DNA of 61,704 nucleotides, counting the filler. It is 4 parts of 4 records of this genome, joined end to end, with 100 filler letters (N's around TTAATTAATTAA, not from the genome) between each part and the next. Parts side by side here need not be neighbours in the genome. Positions count along the whole stretch, not along the records: positions 19,315 to 41,599 come from SRR20825006_1425; 3 more parts are not named here. One strand, written 5' to 3'. This document shows, one piece after another, positions 19,437 to 28,747 of this stretch. Position 1 is the stretch's first letter; every line of letters begins with the position of its first letter. A program made the position numbers and the translations under genes. The notes below the pieces were generated by a model that worked only from the letters and a program-made list of their open reading frames with translations, had not been told where the DNA came from and did not search any database.

Positions 19437-19625
19437 CTTGAGGTCTGGTGACGATCACCGCTCGCTTCGAGTTGGAAAGCCATTCAGGACGGGCCCTGCC
19501 CCGTGCCTGTGCCATTCGACCGCAGGTTTCATGGCCTTCTGGAATTGCGGGGCTCCTCCCGGAGCCGCGCATTCGCTGCGCAGGCTGCGCTTCACTGCGT
19601 AAGGCCTGCCCTGCAGAATGACTTG

Positions 19626-20030
19626 CTAAACAGATTTCCTTGCGAGGTCATACTGCGCTTCCGCATGCTCCATCGCTGCAACATTGTCGAGCGCCCACGC
19701 ACACAAGGCATGGAACGGTGTGCGCAGGGACAGCCCCAGCGGCGTAATCGCATATTCAACGCCAATTGGGGTTGTCGGCAGGACGGTCCGCGTGACCAGC
19801 CCATTGCGCTCCATTCGTTTGAGCGCATCGGACAGCGCCTTGTGCGTTATGTCCAGCTGACGCTTGATCTCGTTGAAACGCTTGGGCTCGCTGCTGACTG
19901 CGGTCAGGATCAGGATGGTCCACTTGTCCGCTATCTTGTCGAGCACCGGGCGCGCGAAGGCAAGGTTGGCCGACGAGCAAAGGTCGACATCTGCGGGCGA
20001 GGTATCGTTGTGTATATCTAGGCTATTCAT
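19626..20030 (-). CDS. HxlR-family winged-helix transcriptional regulator
   Basis: LDKIADKWTILIL...RFNEIKR..ITHKALSDALKRMERNGLVTR..PTTPIGVEYAITPLG. Confidence 0.9.
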   Translation of the reverse strand: MNSLDIHNDTSPADVDLCSSANLAFARPVLDKIADKWTILILTAVSSEPKRFNEIKRQLDITHKALSDALKRMERNGLVTRTVLPTTPIGVEYAITPLGLSLRTPFHALCAWALDNVAAMEHAEAQYDLARKSV

Positions 20031-20099
20031 GGTGCGTAATTGATATCAGATTTAACTCGTATATCTAGAGGGAAATCTGAAACGCATGTGGATTACTAG

Positions 20100-20831
20100 A
20101 TGACTCTCATGACTAAAAAGGTCGCCCTGGTTGTTGGAGGCGCTTCGGGCATTGGTCTGGCCATAGCCACACGCCTGGCAGCGGAAGGCGCAATCGTCTA
20201 CCTGACCGGTCGCAATGCCGATGCTGTCGCCTCTGCCGCGCGCGAGGCGGGCGAAGGCGTGCAAGGCCTGGTTGCGGATGCGGGTGTTCCTGAACAACTC
20301 GACCAGGCCATCGGTGCTGTGCACAGTGCTGAAGGCAAGATCGATGCCCTCGTCTTCAATGCCGGAATCTCCGAGTTCGCGCCGCTCGAAGGCCTGTCGG
20401 GTGATCATTTTGACCGGCATTTTTCGATCAATGTTCGTAGCGCCGTTCTAGCCTTCAAGTCGGCAGCCGCCATCATGCCCAGTGGGGCTTCGGCCGTGTT
20501 CATCGGCTCAGTCGCCGGGCAGGCAGGGGTTGCAAACTTCAGCACCTATGCCGCCACCAAGGCCGCCCTTCGCTCCTATGTGCGCAGCTGGACCGCGGAG
20601 CTGGCGCCTCGCGGCATCCGTATCAACATGGTCAGCCCCGGACCGACGGATATAGCCATGTTCGATTCCGTGCCGAGCGAGGCGCGAGCCGCAATTGTCT
20701 CAAGCATACCCCTGGGTCGCATGGCGCAGCCCAGCGAGGTAGCAGCGGCCGCGGTCTTCCTGCTTAGCCCGGACGCCTCCTTCATCGCCGGCGCCGAACT
20801 CTGCGTCGACGGCGGCGCCAAGCAGGTCTGA
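20100..20831 (+). CDS. Short-chain dehydrogenase/reductase (start 20100 or 20109)
   Basis: GGASGIG, FNAG, YAATK, PGPT, VDGG. Confidence 0.92.
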   Translation: MTLMTKKVALVVGGASGIGLAIATRLAAEGAIVYLTGRNADAVASAAREAGEGVQGLVADAGVPEQLDQAIGAVHSAEGKIDALVFNAGISEFAPLEGLSGDHFDRHFSINVRSAVLAFKSAAAIMPSGASAVFIGSVAGQAGVANFSTYAATKAALRSYVRSWTAELAPRGIRINMVSPGPTDIAMFDSVPSEARAAIVSSIPLGRMAQPSEVAAAAVFLLSPDASFIAGAELCVDGGAKQV

Positions 20832-20925
20832 GGCCTGCCCCACATCCCCTCTATCTCCCATGCAGACACCGCGTTCCGTCAAGGACGGGAACATGCGGCA
20901 TGGGCCCAACCCAGGAAGCCTGACA

Positions 20926-21684
20926 ATGAATCTTCGAAATCTATCACTTGCCGCTTTGGCCGTCGCAATCCCGGCCTTCACCACGCTTCCCGCGCTGGCG
21001 GACGCCAACAATATCGTGCTGGTCCACGGCATGAACATGGATGGTGCGAGCTGGCGCCCGGTCTATGACATTCTCACCGCGCAGGGCTACCAGGTCAGCA
21101 TCGTGCAGGAACCACTTAACGGTTTTGACAGCGACCTGCACGCCACCCAGTTGGTTCTGGACCAGCAGGACGGGCCGGTCGTCCTGGTCGGCCACAGTTA
21201 TGGTGGCGTCGTCATCACTGCAGCAGGCAACGATCCCAAGGTCGAAGCGCTCGTTTATGTCGCTGCATTCCAGCCGGCTGCCGGAGAAACCACCGGCACC
21301 TTGAATGCCGCCACCCCGCCACTGCTCGATCCGGCGTCGGTGACCATCAGCGAGGATGGTTTTGTCAGCATCAGCGAAGCCGGTTTCCTCAAGGACATCG
21401 CGCCCGACCTGCCGGTTGAAGAGGCCCGATTCCTGTTTTCATCGCAGACGCCGACCACTGCCAGCGTCTTTGCGGCGGAGACCCAGGACCCGGCCTGGCT
21501 GCACAAGCCCAGCTACGCCGTAGTGGCGACCCAGGACCGCGTCATCAATCCGGAGCTACAATGGACGATGTACGAGCGCGCGGGCAGCTTTGTCACCGAG
21601 ATCGATGCAGGCCACATGCTTTATGTCAGCCAGCCCGAGGCAGTGGCCAAGGTGATCATCGAAGCGGCCCAGTCCACGAACTGA
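20926..21684 (+). CDS. Secreted alpha/beta hydrolase
   Basis: Signal-like MNLRNLSLAALAVA...ALA-D, IVLVHG, GHSYGG nucleophile elbow, QDRVI, AGH. Confidence 0.85.
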   Translation: MNLRNLSLAALAVAIPAFTTLPALADANNIVLVHGMNMDGASWRPVYDILTAQGYQVSIVQEPLNGFDSDLHATQLVLDQQDGPVVLVGHSYGGVVITAAGNDPKVEALVYVAAFQPAAGETTGTLNAATPPLLDPASVTISEDGFVSISEAGFLKDIAPDLPVEEARFLFSSQTPTTASVFAAETQDPAWLHKPSYAVVATQDRVINPELQWTMYERAGSFVTEIDAGHMLYVSQPEAVAKVIIEAAQSTN

Positions 21685-21740
21685 GGTGCGACGTACCAGG
21701 GCGCGGATGTGGGCGACACTTCTGCGCCCCTGGACGTCCA

Positions 21741-22376
21741 CTAATTGGGTGTCGCCGCGCCATAGCGCAGGCCATCCAGCAGCAGCATGACCATGCGTTC
21801 GATATGCGCCGCTCCATCGTTCCCGGTCGCCACAGCAAGGTTGCCGATCGCGCGCAGCAGATCATAGGGTGCCACGTCGGTGCGGACTTCGCCTGCATCG
21901 GCGGCGGCATGCAGCAACATGGACAGAGCAGGTTCAAACCGGCTTCGGAAATAGTCCGGCAAAGTCGCGAATGCCGGATCGCCGGAATGAAGCGCGGCGG
22001 CCAGCCCTTGCTTGGTGGCGAGGAACCGCGTGTAGAGCATCAACCACGCGGCCAGTGCCTCTGCCGGGGTCCGCTCGGCGGCAAGCGACTTTGCCGCATC
22101 AGCACAGGCATCGACCTCACGACGGAACACCGCGGCCACCAGGTCAGCGCGGGTCGGAAAACGGCGGTAAAGCGTACCCAGCCCGACACCGGCTTGCGTC
22201 GCGATCTCCCGGATGGGTGCATCAACCCCAGAACGGGCGAACACGACCTTCGCCGCCTCCAGGAGCGCGCCCTCGTTTCTGCGGGCATCGGCGCGCAGTC
22301 GCGGCGCGGGCGCCTCGGTATCGACTGCAGTTGGTGACGCGGTTCCCGTCACTTTCTCGGGTTTAGGCAATGCCAC
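21741..22376 (-). CDS. TetR/AcrR-family regulator
   Basis: LRADARRN...IATQAGVGLGTLYRRFPTR; probable GTG start at 22376 after a G-rich RBS. Confidence 0.9.
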   Translation of the reverse strand: MALPKPEKVTGTASPTAVDTEAPAPRLRADARRNEGALLEAAKVVFARSGVDAPIREIATQAGVGLGTLYRRFPTRADLVAAVFRREVDACADAAKSLAAERTPAEALAAWLMLYTRFLATKQGLAAALHSGDPAFATLPDYFRSRFEPALSMLLHAAADAGEVRTDVAPYDLLRAIGNLAVATGNDGAAHIERMVMLLLDGLRYGAATPN

Positions 22377-22391
22377 TCTCACCCCCTTGAT

Positions 22392-22439
22392 AAGTGGATC
22401 ATTGATCCGTATATGACGTTCCGGATCGATGATCCGCTT
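22392..22439. promoter_or_regulatory. Paired palindromic operator between divergent TetR and hydrolase genes
   Basis: GGATC-N3-GATCC at 22396-22408 and CGGATC-N3-GATCCG at 22422-22436; the two 18-mers are inverted copies (16/18). Confidence 0.7.
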
Positions 22440-22463
22440 GTCATTTAGGAGGTTCACACTTCA

Positions 22464-23405
22464 ATGTCCAGTTCAACTCCTCAAGTCCGCTCTCCCACGA
22501 CCGGCGTGCCCGCAATTGCGTCAATCGCTCCAATTGCCTTGTCGATCCCGGGCCGGGGCAATGATCTGCACGTCAGGGTTTCTGCGCCGACCACGGGCGT
22601 CGCCCTACCCGTCATCATCTTCTCGCACGGCAATGGCCAGTCGCTTCATGCCTATGGTCCCCTCGCTGATTACTGGGCCGCCCATGGTTTTGTCGTCATC
22701 CAGCCAACGCATCTTGACTCGCGGATGCTGGGCCTTGCCCCGGACGACCCCCGTCGCACACAGTTCTGGCGTTTCCGCGAGGACGATCTTGTGGCCATTC
22801 TCGATAGCCTCGATGACATCGAAAGCGAAGCACCGATGATCCAGGGGCGGCTCGACCGCTCGCGCATCGCGGCTGCCGGGCATTCGTGGGGCGGGCAAAC
22901 CGCCAGTACCCTGCTCGGTGCCACCCATCCTGATCCTGACAACGGATCGGTGATCAACCGGAAGGATGCTCGCATCAAGGCGGGTGTGCTGCTGGCCACG
23001 CCCGGTAATGGCGGTGACGATCTGAGCGCGTTCGCTGCCCGCTCACTGCCGTTCATGCACCCGGATTTTTCCGGCATGACAACGCCCACGCTGGTCATAG
23101 CCGGCGACGCGGACAAGGGTGGACTGACCACGCGAGGACCGGACTGGTGGCGCGACGCCTACGACTTAAGTCCGTCGCCAAAGGCGCTGTTCACTGCCTT
23201 TGGAGGCGAGCACGCACTGGGCGGCATACCCGGATACGAGGCGCGGGAAACAACGGACGAACGCCCGCAACGGGTCGCCGAAATTCAACGTCTTTCAACT
23301 GCCTTCCTCCGCAGTTCGCTCTATCCCGGCGACCCTGCCTGGGCCGATGCAGCCGCTGCGCTCACGGCCAACCCCACGCCGGAAGGCCGCATCGAGACGA
23401 AGTGA
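22464..23405 (+). CDS. Alpha/beta hydrolase (chlorophyllase/PAF-acetylhydrolase-like)
   Basis: IIFSHG, GFVVIQPTH, GHSWGG, AGDAD, GGEH. Confidence 0.85.
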   Translation: MSSSTPQVRSPTTGVPAIASIAPIALSIPGRGNDLHVRVSAPTTGVALPVIIFSHGNGQSLHAYGPLADYWAAHGFVVIQPTHLDSRMLGLAPDDPRRTQFWRFREDDLVAILDSLDDIESEAPMIQGRLDRSRIAAAGHSWGGQTASTLLGATHPDPDNGSVINRKDARIKAGVLLATPGNGGDDLSAFAARSLPFMHPDFSGMTTPTLVIAGDADKGGLTTRGPDWWRDAYDLSPSPKALFTAFGGEHALGGIPGYEARETTDERPQRVAEIQRLSTAFLRSSLYPGDPAWADAAAALTANPTPEGRIETK

Positions 23406-23462
23406 GCCGAGCGCCTGCGTCTCCTTCATCTACTCACCACCACAACACACTGGAACTCTTGC

Positions 23463-24212
23463 ATGAATACGATTCTCATCACCGGCACATCGTCCGGCTT
23501 CGGGCTTGAGACGGCCCGTTATTTTCTCGATCGCGACTGGACCGTCATAGCCACGATGCGCACCCCGCGCGAGGATGTGCTGCCTGCGTCCGAACGCCTG
23601 CGCATTGTCCCGCTCGATGTGACTGACGCCGCGAGCATCGCTCGCGCAGTGCAAGAAGCAGGCCCGATCGACGCCCTTGTCAATAATGCTGGTGCCGGCA
23701 TCATGGGCGCGCTGGAAGGCGTCTCCATCGACGCAACGCGGCAGCTTTTCGAATTGAACACGTTCGGCACCATGGCGATGACACAAGCCGTGCTGCCTGG
23801 CTTCCGCGCGCAGGAATCGGGCGTGATCGTCAACCTGTCATCGGCTGTAACGCTCAAACCGCTGCCGATGTTGTCGGCCTATACGGCCAGCAAGGCAGCC
23901 GTGGAGGCGTTTAGCGAAGACCTCGCGCTGGAGGTGGAACAGTTCGGCCTTCGTGTGCGGCTCATCATCCCCGGTCGCGCGCCGGAAACCTCGTTCAGCG
24001 CAACCGCTCGCGCCCGCTCGCAGAGTGGCATACCCGAAGCCTATGCCGGCTGGGCCAAGCAGGTGTTCTCCAAATCGCCGCTGCAGAACGCCGAAGTCAC
24101 GACCGCAAGTGATGTGGCGGAAGCGGTCTGGCAGGCGGTGACCGATGCATCGTCTCCGTTCCGCATCCCGGCTGGCGCGGATGCGGTAACGCTCGCTGCA
24201 AGGGCTGCATGA
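23463..24212 (+). CDS. Short-chain dehydrogenase/reductase
   Basis: TGTSSGFG, VNNAG, YTASK. Confidence 0.92.
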   Translation: MNTILITGTSSGFGLETARYFLDRDWTVIATMRTPREDVLPASERLRIVPLDVTDAASIARAVQEAGPIDALVNNAGAGIMGALEGVSIDATRQLFELNTFGTMAMTQAVLPGFRAQESGVIVNLSSAVTLKPLPMLSAYTASKAAVEAFSEDLALEVEQFGLRVRLIIPGRAPETSFSATARARSQSGIPEAYAGWAKQVFSKSPLQNAEVTTASDVAEAVWQAVTDASSPFRIPAGADAVTLAARAA

Positions 24213-24485
24213 CACCGGGCTCTACTCCTTGACTGGCTAAATTGTTCCGCGCGCCCTGGCTTTACCCAGCATTGGCCCAGGTGCGCGGGATGTCGGCTCT
24301 GCATCCTCGGCATGGCCCGCAAGATTGGCACCTCGACGGCAGCTTCCGCGCCGCAGCACGTTCGTCAGGTCGCTAGACTTGTCGCGTGGATATCAGGCGC
24401 GCTTTCCGACCAGAGGAGAACGGCGCCTGCGCACGACTGCCGTGGTTTGAAAGATCCGCTCAACCCAGCTTGCAAGGAGCACACA

Positions 24486-25316
24486 ATGGCGACCATCACA
24501 ACACCCGACGGGACCACCCTTTTCTACAAGGATTGGGGACCGAAAGACGCGCAGCCTATCATTTTCCACCACGGCTGGCCGCTCAGCGCCGACGACTGGG
24601 ACAACCAGATGCTGTTCTTCCTGTCCGAAGGCTATCGTGTCATCGCGCATGACCGGCGCGGCCATGGCCGGTCCGACCAGACTGATACCGGCAACGACAT
24701 GGACACCTATGCCGCGGACGTGGCCGAGATCGCCAAGGCGCTCGATCTGCGCGACGCGGTTCATATCGGCCATTCGACCGGCGGCGGCGAAGTCACCCGC
24801 TATGCGGCCCGTGCCGAACGTGGCCGGGTGGCGAAGGCGATCCTGATCGCCGCAATCCCTCCGGTAATGGTTCAGTCGGCCGGGAACCCGGACGGCGTTC
24901 CCATGGAGGTCTTTGACGGGCTGCGGTCGGCCCTCGAGACAAACCGGGCTCAGTTCTATCGAGATCTGCCAAGCGGGCCCTTCTATGGCTTCAACCGGGA
25001 TGGCGCGAAGGTCATCCAGGGCCTGATCGACAATTGGTGGCGCCAGGGCATGAATGGCGGCGCGAAGGCGCACCACGACTGCATCGCGGTCTTTTCGGAA
25101 ACCGATTTCACCGAGGATCTGAAGGCACTCACTGTTCCCGTGCTGATCATCCATGGCGAGGACGATCAGATCGTGCCCATCGGGAATTCGGCTCACAAGG
25201 CAATCAAGCTCGTCCGGAACGGCACGATGAAGACCTATCCCGGCCTGTCTCACGGGCTGTTTGCCACCCATCCCGAGGTGGTGAACCCCGACATGCTGGC
25301 CTTTATTCGCGCCTGA
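24486..25316 (+). CDS. Non-heme haloperoxidase/perhydrolase-type alpha/beta hydrolase
   Basis: YKDWG, FHHGWPL, HDRRGHGRS, GHSTGG, HGEDDQIVP, SHG; AAGGAG RBS before ATG 24486. Confidence 0.9.
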   Translation: MATITTPDGTTLFYKDWGPKDAQPIIFHHGWPLSADDWDNQMLFFLSEGYRVIAHDRRGHGRSDQTDTGNDMDTYAADVAEIAKALDLRDAVHIGHSTGGGEVTRYAARAERGRVAKAILIAAIPPVMVQSAGNPDGVPMEVFDGLRSALETNRAQFYRDLPSGPFYGFNRDGAKVIQGLIDNWWRQGMNGGAKAHHDCIAVFSETDFTEDLKALTVPVLIIHGEDDQIVPIGNSAHKAIKLVRNGTMKTYPGLSHGLFATHPEVVNPDMLAFIRA

Positions 25317-25420
25317 GAGGACTTTGAAGAAAGTGACCGGCGGCCGCGCTGTTCGCGACCGCCGGCGGCTCGCTGTCGGGCCGCGCCCTGGCTAACCCCG
25401 AGTTGCGCCGCCTCCGGACG

Positions 25421-26332
25421 TCACTGCAGTGCGATGGAACGCATAGGATCGCGAACCGCCCGACGATAGTCGGTCGGGCTCATCCGCTGGTGCTTTGTGA
25501 ATACACGGGCAAGAACCTGGTTCGACGAATATCCCACCTCCTGCGCGATCTCGGTGATCGGAAGGTCGGTCGTCTCCAGCAACTCGCAGGCTTTCTCCAC
25601 TCTCAGTCGTGTCAGATAGACACGGGGCGGCACGCCGACGCTCTGCTTGAACATGCGAGCGAAATGGAAGGGGGATAGCCGTGCCTCGGCGGCCAGCTCG
25701 TCGAGGCACATGTCTTCCGAAAGCCGAGCGTGCATGAGCTCGATACAACGCCGCTGCGCCCATGGAGCCAGCCCGCCGCGAGCCGATTTGAACTGCGCTC
25801 CGCCCAAGCGGCACAACTCTGCCAGGATCTCGCAGCCTGCGGCCCGCACACTGAGGCGCGATGGCGCGCCTTCGTCTTCGCAGAGCACCCACAGGTTCCG
25901 CAGTGCCGACCTGATCAGCGGCGAGTCGAACACTCGGCCATAGTTGAAGGCGGTGTCGAAGGAGAACTGGCCGTCGGCGGCCTCATCGAGAACGCCCTGC
26001 CAGTTCGCCAAGGGAAACGCCAGGCTGCGGACCTGATGGCTTTCCTCCATGACCGCCGTGGTGGCAAAGTTCGGCGCGGCCAAATTGAGGAGGCCTCTTT
26101 CGCTGTTCACATCAAAGCGACCTCCCCCCAGATCTGACCTGACACGACCATTGCCAAGGATGTCCTCATATAGAACGATATCCGGAAGGGCTGGGCGCGA
26201 CAAATCCCCGGCGGGCTGCCCCACCTCAAGCAATTCAAGGACTCCACCCGGGGATTTCAGCGTGCGCACATAGGATGCATGTCGGCCTTTGCCATGCCAC
26301 TGCACGAAGGAGGAATTGGCATGCTCGGTCAT
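25421..26332 (-). CDS. AraC-family transcriptional regulator
   Basis: GGLAPW, LSPFHFARMFKQSVGVPP, ITEIAQEVGYSS, SPTDYRR. Confidence 0.92.
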   Translation of the reverse strand: MTEHANSSFVQWHGKGRHASYVRTLKSPGGVLELLEVGQPAGDLSRPALPDIVLYEDILGNGRVRSDLGGGRFDVNSERGLLNLAAPNFATTAVMEESHQVRSLAFPLANWQGVLDEAADGQFSFDTAFNYGRVFDSPLIRSALRNLWVLCEDEGAPSRLSVRAAGCEILAELCRLGGAQFKSARGGLAPWAQRRCIELMHARLSEDMCLDELAAEARLSPFHFARMFKQSVGVPPRVYLTRLRVEKACELLETTDLPITEIAQEVGYSSNQVLARVFTKHQRMSPTDYRRAVRDPMRSIALQ

Positions 26333-26531
26333 GCTGTGTCTCCTATGCGTCTTGCGGCCTCACAATCCGAGCCGGTCGCCCGCTTTGCTCCGCGCAGATC
26401 GAACGGCTCGCTCGAATGGCTCAGTAAGTGTTCGACCCCAGGTAGGACGCGAATGGCACTGCGGCGGTCCTCTGATCCGGCCAGCCGACACTAACGGAAT
26501 ACCTGCTGAACGTCGTTTCGCCCCTTTTCAC

Positions 26532-26561
26532 TCGATGGTCGAAACGCTACCGTTCCATCGA
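26532..26561. promoter_or_regulatory. Palindromic putative TetR operator
   Basis: TCGATGG...CCATCGA outer arms and inner GAAACG-N4-CGTTCC, ending just before the TetR ATG. Confidence 0.5.
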
Positions 26562-26563
26562 TA

Positions 26564-27190
26564 ATGCAGAGATCATGGATGGAACGCAAGAGTATCGACC
26601 AAGGAGAACGACGGAAACCGAGCGGGGCAGCGGTCATCCGGCCTGAACTGACAACCGCGCTGTTCAGGGCGTTGTTCGAAGAGTGGGCACAGTCCGGCTA
26701 TGCAGCAGTGAGCCTTGAGCGCGTGGCGGCGCGCGCCGGCGCCGGCAAGGCAGCCATCTACCGGCGATGGCCGACAAAACTCGAGTTTGTGTGCCAAGCG
26801 ATACAGAGCGTCGGCATCACTCTGTCTGACTTTAGTGACCACGGCTCGCTCGGTGCCGATATCAGCGCCTATCTTCGTTCAACGCGGGTGGCGTTTCGAC
26901 ATCCACTGATCCGCAAGATTATTCCGGACATTGTTGCAGAGCGTATCAGGAGGTCCGAAATTTCCATGATGCTGGACAGCGTGACCGCGGCACGTCGACA
27001 GTTTGGAAATCGAATGCTTGATCGCGCCATTGCACGCAATGAGCTACGGCCGGCGCTCGACAGGGAACTGGCGCTCGATTTTTTCATATCGTCTCTCTAC
27101 ATGCGCATGATCGTTCACTCGAAAAAAACGACAGTGGCCGAGATCGCCAGGCAGGCAATTGCAATCGAAGCTGCAATCAAGGCCTGCTGA
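26564..27190 (+). CDS. TetR/AcrR-family regulator (start 26564 or 26576)
   Basis: GYAAVSLERVAARAGAGKAAIYRRWPTK. Confidence 0.9.
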   Translation: MQRSWMERKSIDQGERRKPSGAAVIRPELTTALFRALFEEWAQSGYAAVSLERVAARAGAGKAAIYRRWPTKLEFVCQAIQSVGITLSDFSDHGSLGADISAYLRSTRVAFRHPLIRKIIPDIVAERIRRSEISMMLDSVTAARRQFGNRMLDRAIARNELRPALDRELALDFFISSLYMRMIVHSKKTTVAEIARQAIAIEAAIKAC

Positions 27191-27342
27191 GCCCGCCAGC
27201 GCTTTCGCCGGCCTCCTCGGGGCGAACCGCAATCGAGGAGGTCTATGCAGGTGTGCACGAGTGCCTGGCGCGCGAGGAGTGGCCGTCGCTGCCCGAGCGT
27301 GCCAAGACTTCAAGTGCCCAAGTGGTCGCAATCACTCCGTTG

Positions 27343-28725
27343 TCAGCCTCTGCGCATCAGGATCATCTTTTCCTGTGTCATGTCGCGCATGGTGTAGGGG
27401 ATGCCGCCGGTGCCGTATCCGGATTCCCGACGACCGGCAAAAGGCATCCAGTCGGTGCGGAAGGCGGTGGGATCGTTGATCATCACCGCCGATGCATCCA
27501 GCCGTTCTGCAGCGCCCAACGCAACATCGATATCCTGCGCGAAGACGCTTGCCTGGAAAGCGGTCGGCAACGCATTGGCCTGGCGGATCGCGGCACTGAG
27601 GTCAGTGTAACGATAGACCGCGACCACCGGACCGAACACCTCCAGCGTCGAAATCTTTGCCTGGGCGGATGGGTTGAGCAGAACCGTCGGCTCAAATGTC
27701 GTCTCTGAGAGGCGCTTGCCGCCGGTGGCCAGCGTGGCCCCATCCTCAACTGCTTCAGCGACCCACTGTCCAACCCGGTCGGCCTCGCGCGGCAGGATGA
27801 GTGGACCGACTTCGGTCGCCTTCAGGGTGGGGTCGGCGGTGCGCAGTTTTTCGACGCGGTCGACGAGCCTCTGCGTGAAATCCTCGGCGATGTCGGCATG
27901 AACGAAGATGCGCTGCGTCGACACGCAGACCTGTCCGGCATGGTAGTAGCCGCCCTTGACGATCGGCTCGACCACCTTGTCCAGATGCGCGCTGCGATCA
28001 ACGATGGCGGGTGCGGCCCCGCCATGCTCCAGCGCCGAGCGCGTGCCGGGGGCGAGCTTGGCATGCAGCGACCAGCCGACCCGTGCAGAGCCGATGAAGC
28101 TGAGGAAGGCGATGCGCCGGTCAGTCGCCAGCCTTTCGGCCAGCGCATTGTCCTGCGTGATGAAGGTCTGGCACCACGGTTCGGGTAGGCCCGCTTCGTG
28201 GACCAGCGCCACGAAATCGAGGCAGGAAAGCGGCGTCGTGGCCGCCGGTTTGACAATCACCGGGCAGCCGACGGCGATGGCTGGTGCCACCTGATGAACG
28301 ATCAGGTTCAAGGGATGGTTGAAGGCGGAAATTGCTGCGACGACGCCGATAGGCTCCCTTGTGGTGAAGGCCCAGCGGTTCTCGGCGGCTGCGGAAAGTC
28401 CCATGGGTATTTCGCGGCCGGCGAAATTGCGCAGCTCGTCGGCAGCGTTGTGGACACCGTCGATGGCGCGGTTGGTCTCAACGATGGCATCAAGCAGCGG
28501 CTTGCCGCCCTCGCGTGCGATCTGCATGGCGAGATGATCGCGCTTGCCCTCCATCAGCGTTGCCAATTTTCGCAGAATGGCAATGCGCTGATGCGGCTTC
28601 AGCCAGCCATCGCGATCGGCGAAAATGCGTTCGGCCAATTGCAGCTTGTGCTCCAGCACGACCGCGTCATCGGTCTCGATTTCGGTGATCGGCGCGCGAT
28701 CGTGCGCCTGCACGACACTCAGCAT
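27343..28725 (-). CDS. Aldehyde dehydrogenase family protein
   Basis: AFNHP, KPA, FIGS, LEHGG, GQVC (catalytic Cys), EVFGP, ESGYG; GGGAGG RBS before ATG 28725. Confidence 0.92.
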   Translation of the reverse strand: MLSVVQAHDRAPITEIETDDAVVLEHKLQLAERIFADRDGWLKPHQRIAILRKLATLMEGKRDHLAMQIAREGGKPLLDAIVETNRAIDGVHNAADELRNFAGREIPMGLSAAAENRWAFTTREPIGVVAAISAFNHPLNLIVHQVAPAIAVGCPVIVKPAATTPLSCLDFVALVHEAGLPEPWCQTFITQDNALAERLATDRRIAFLSFIGSARVGWSLHAKLAPGTRSALEHGGAAPAIVDRSAHLDKVVEPIVKGGYYHAGQVCVSTQRIFVHADIAEDFTQRLVDRVEKLRTADPTLKATEVGPLILPREADRVGQWVAEAVEDGATLATGGKRLSETTFEPTVLLNPSAQAKISTLEVFGPVVAVYRYTDLSAAIRQANALPTAFQASVFAQDIDVALGAAERLDASAVMINDPTAFRTDWMPFAGRRESGYGTGGIPYTMRDMTQEKMILMRRG

Positions 28726-28747
28726 GGTCGGCCTCCCTCCCTGTTCG

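Noticed and set aside
24486-25316. Haloperoxidase as a halogenase for the NRPS product
   Set aside because: Different contig, and cofactor-free haloperoxidases are perhydrolases/esterases, not pathway halogenases.
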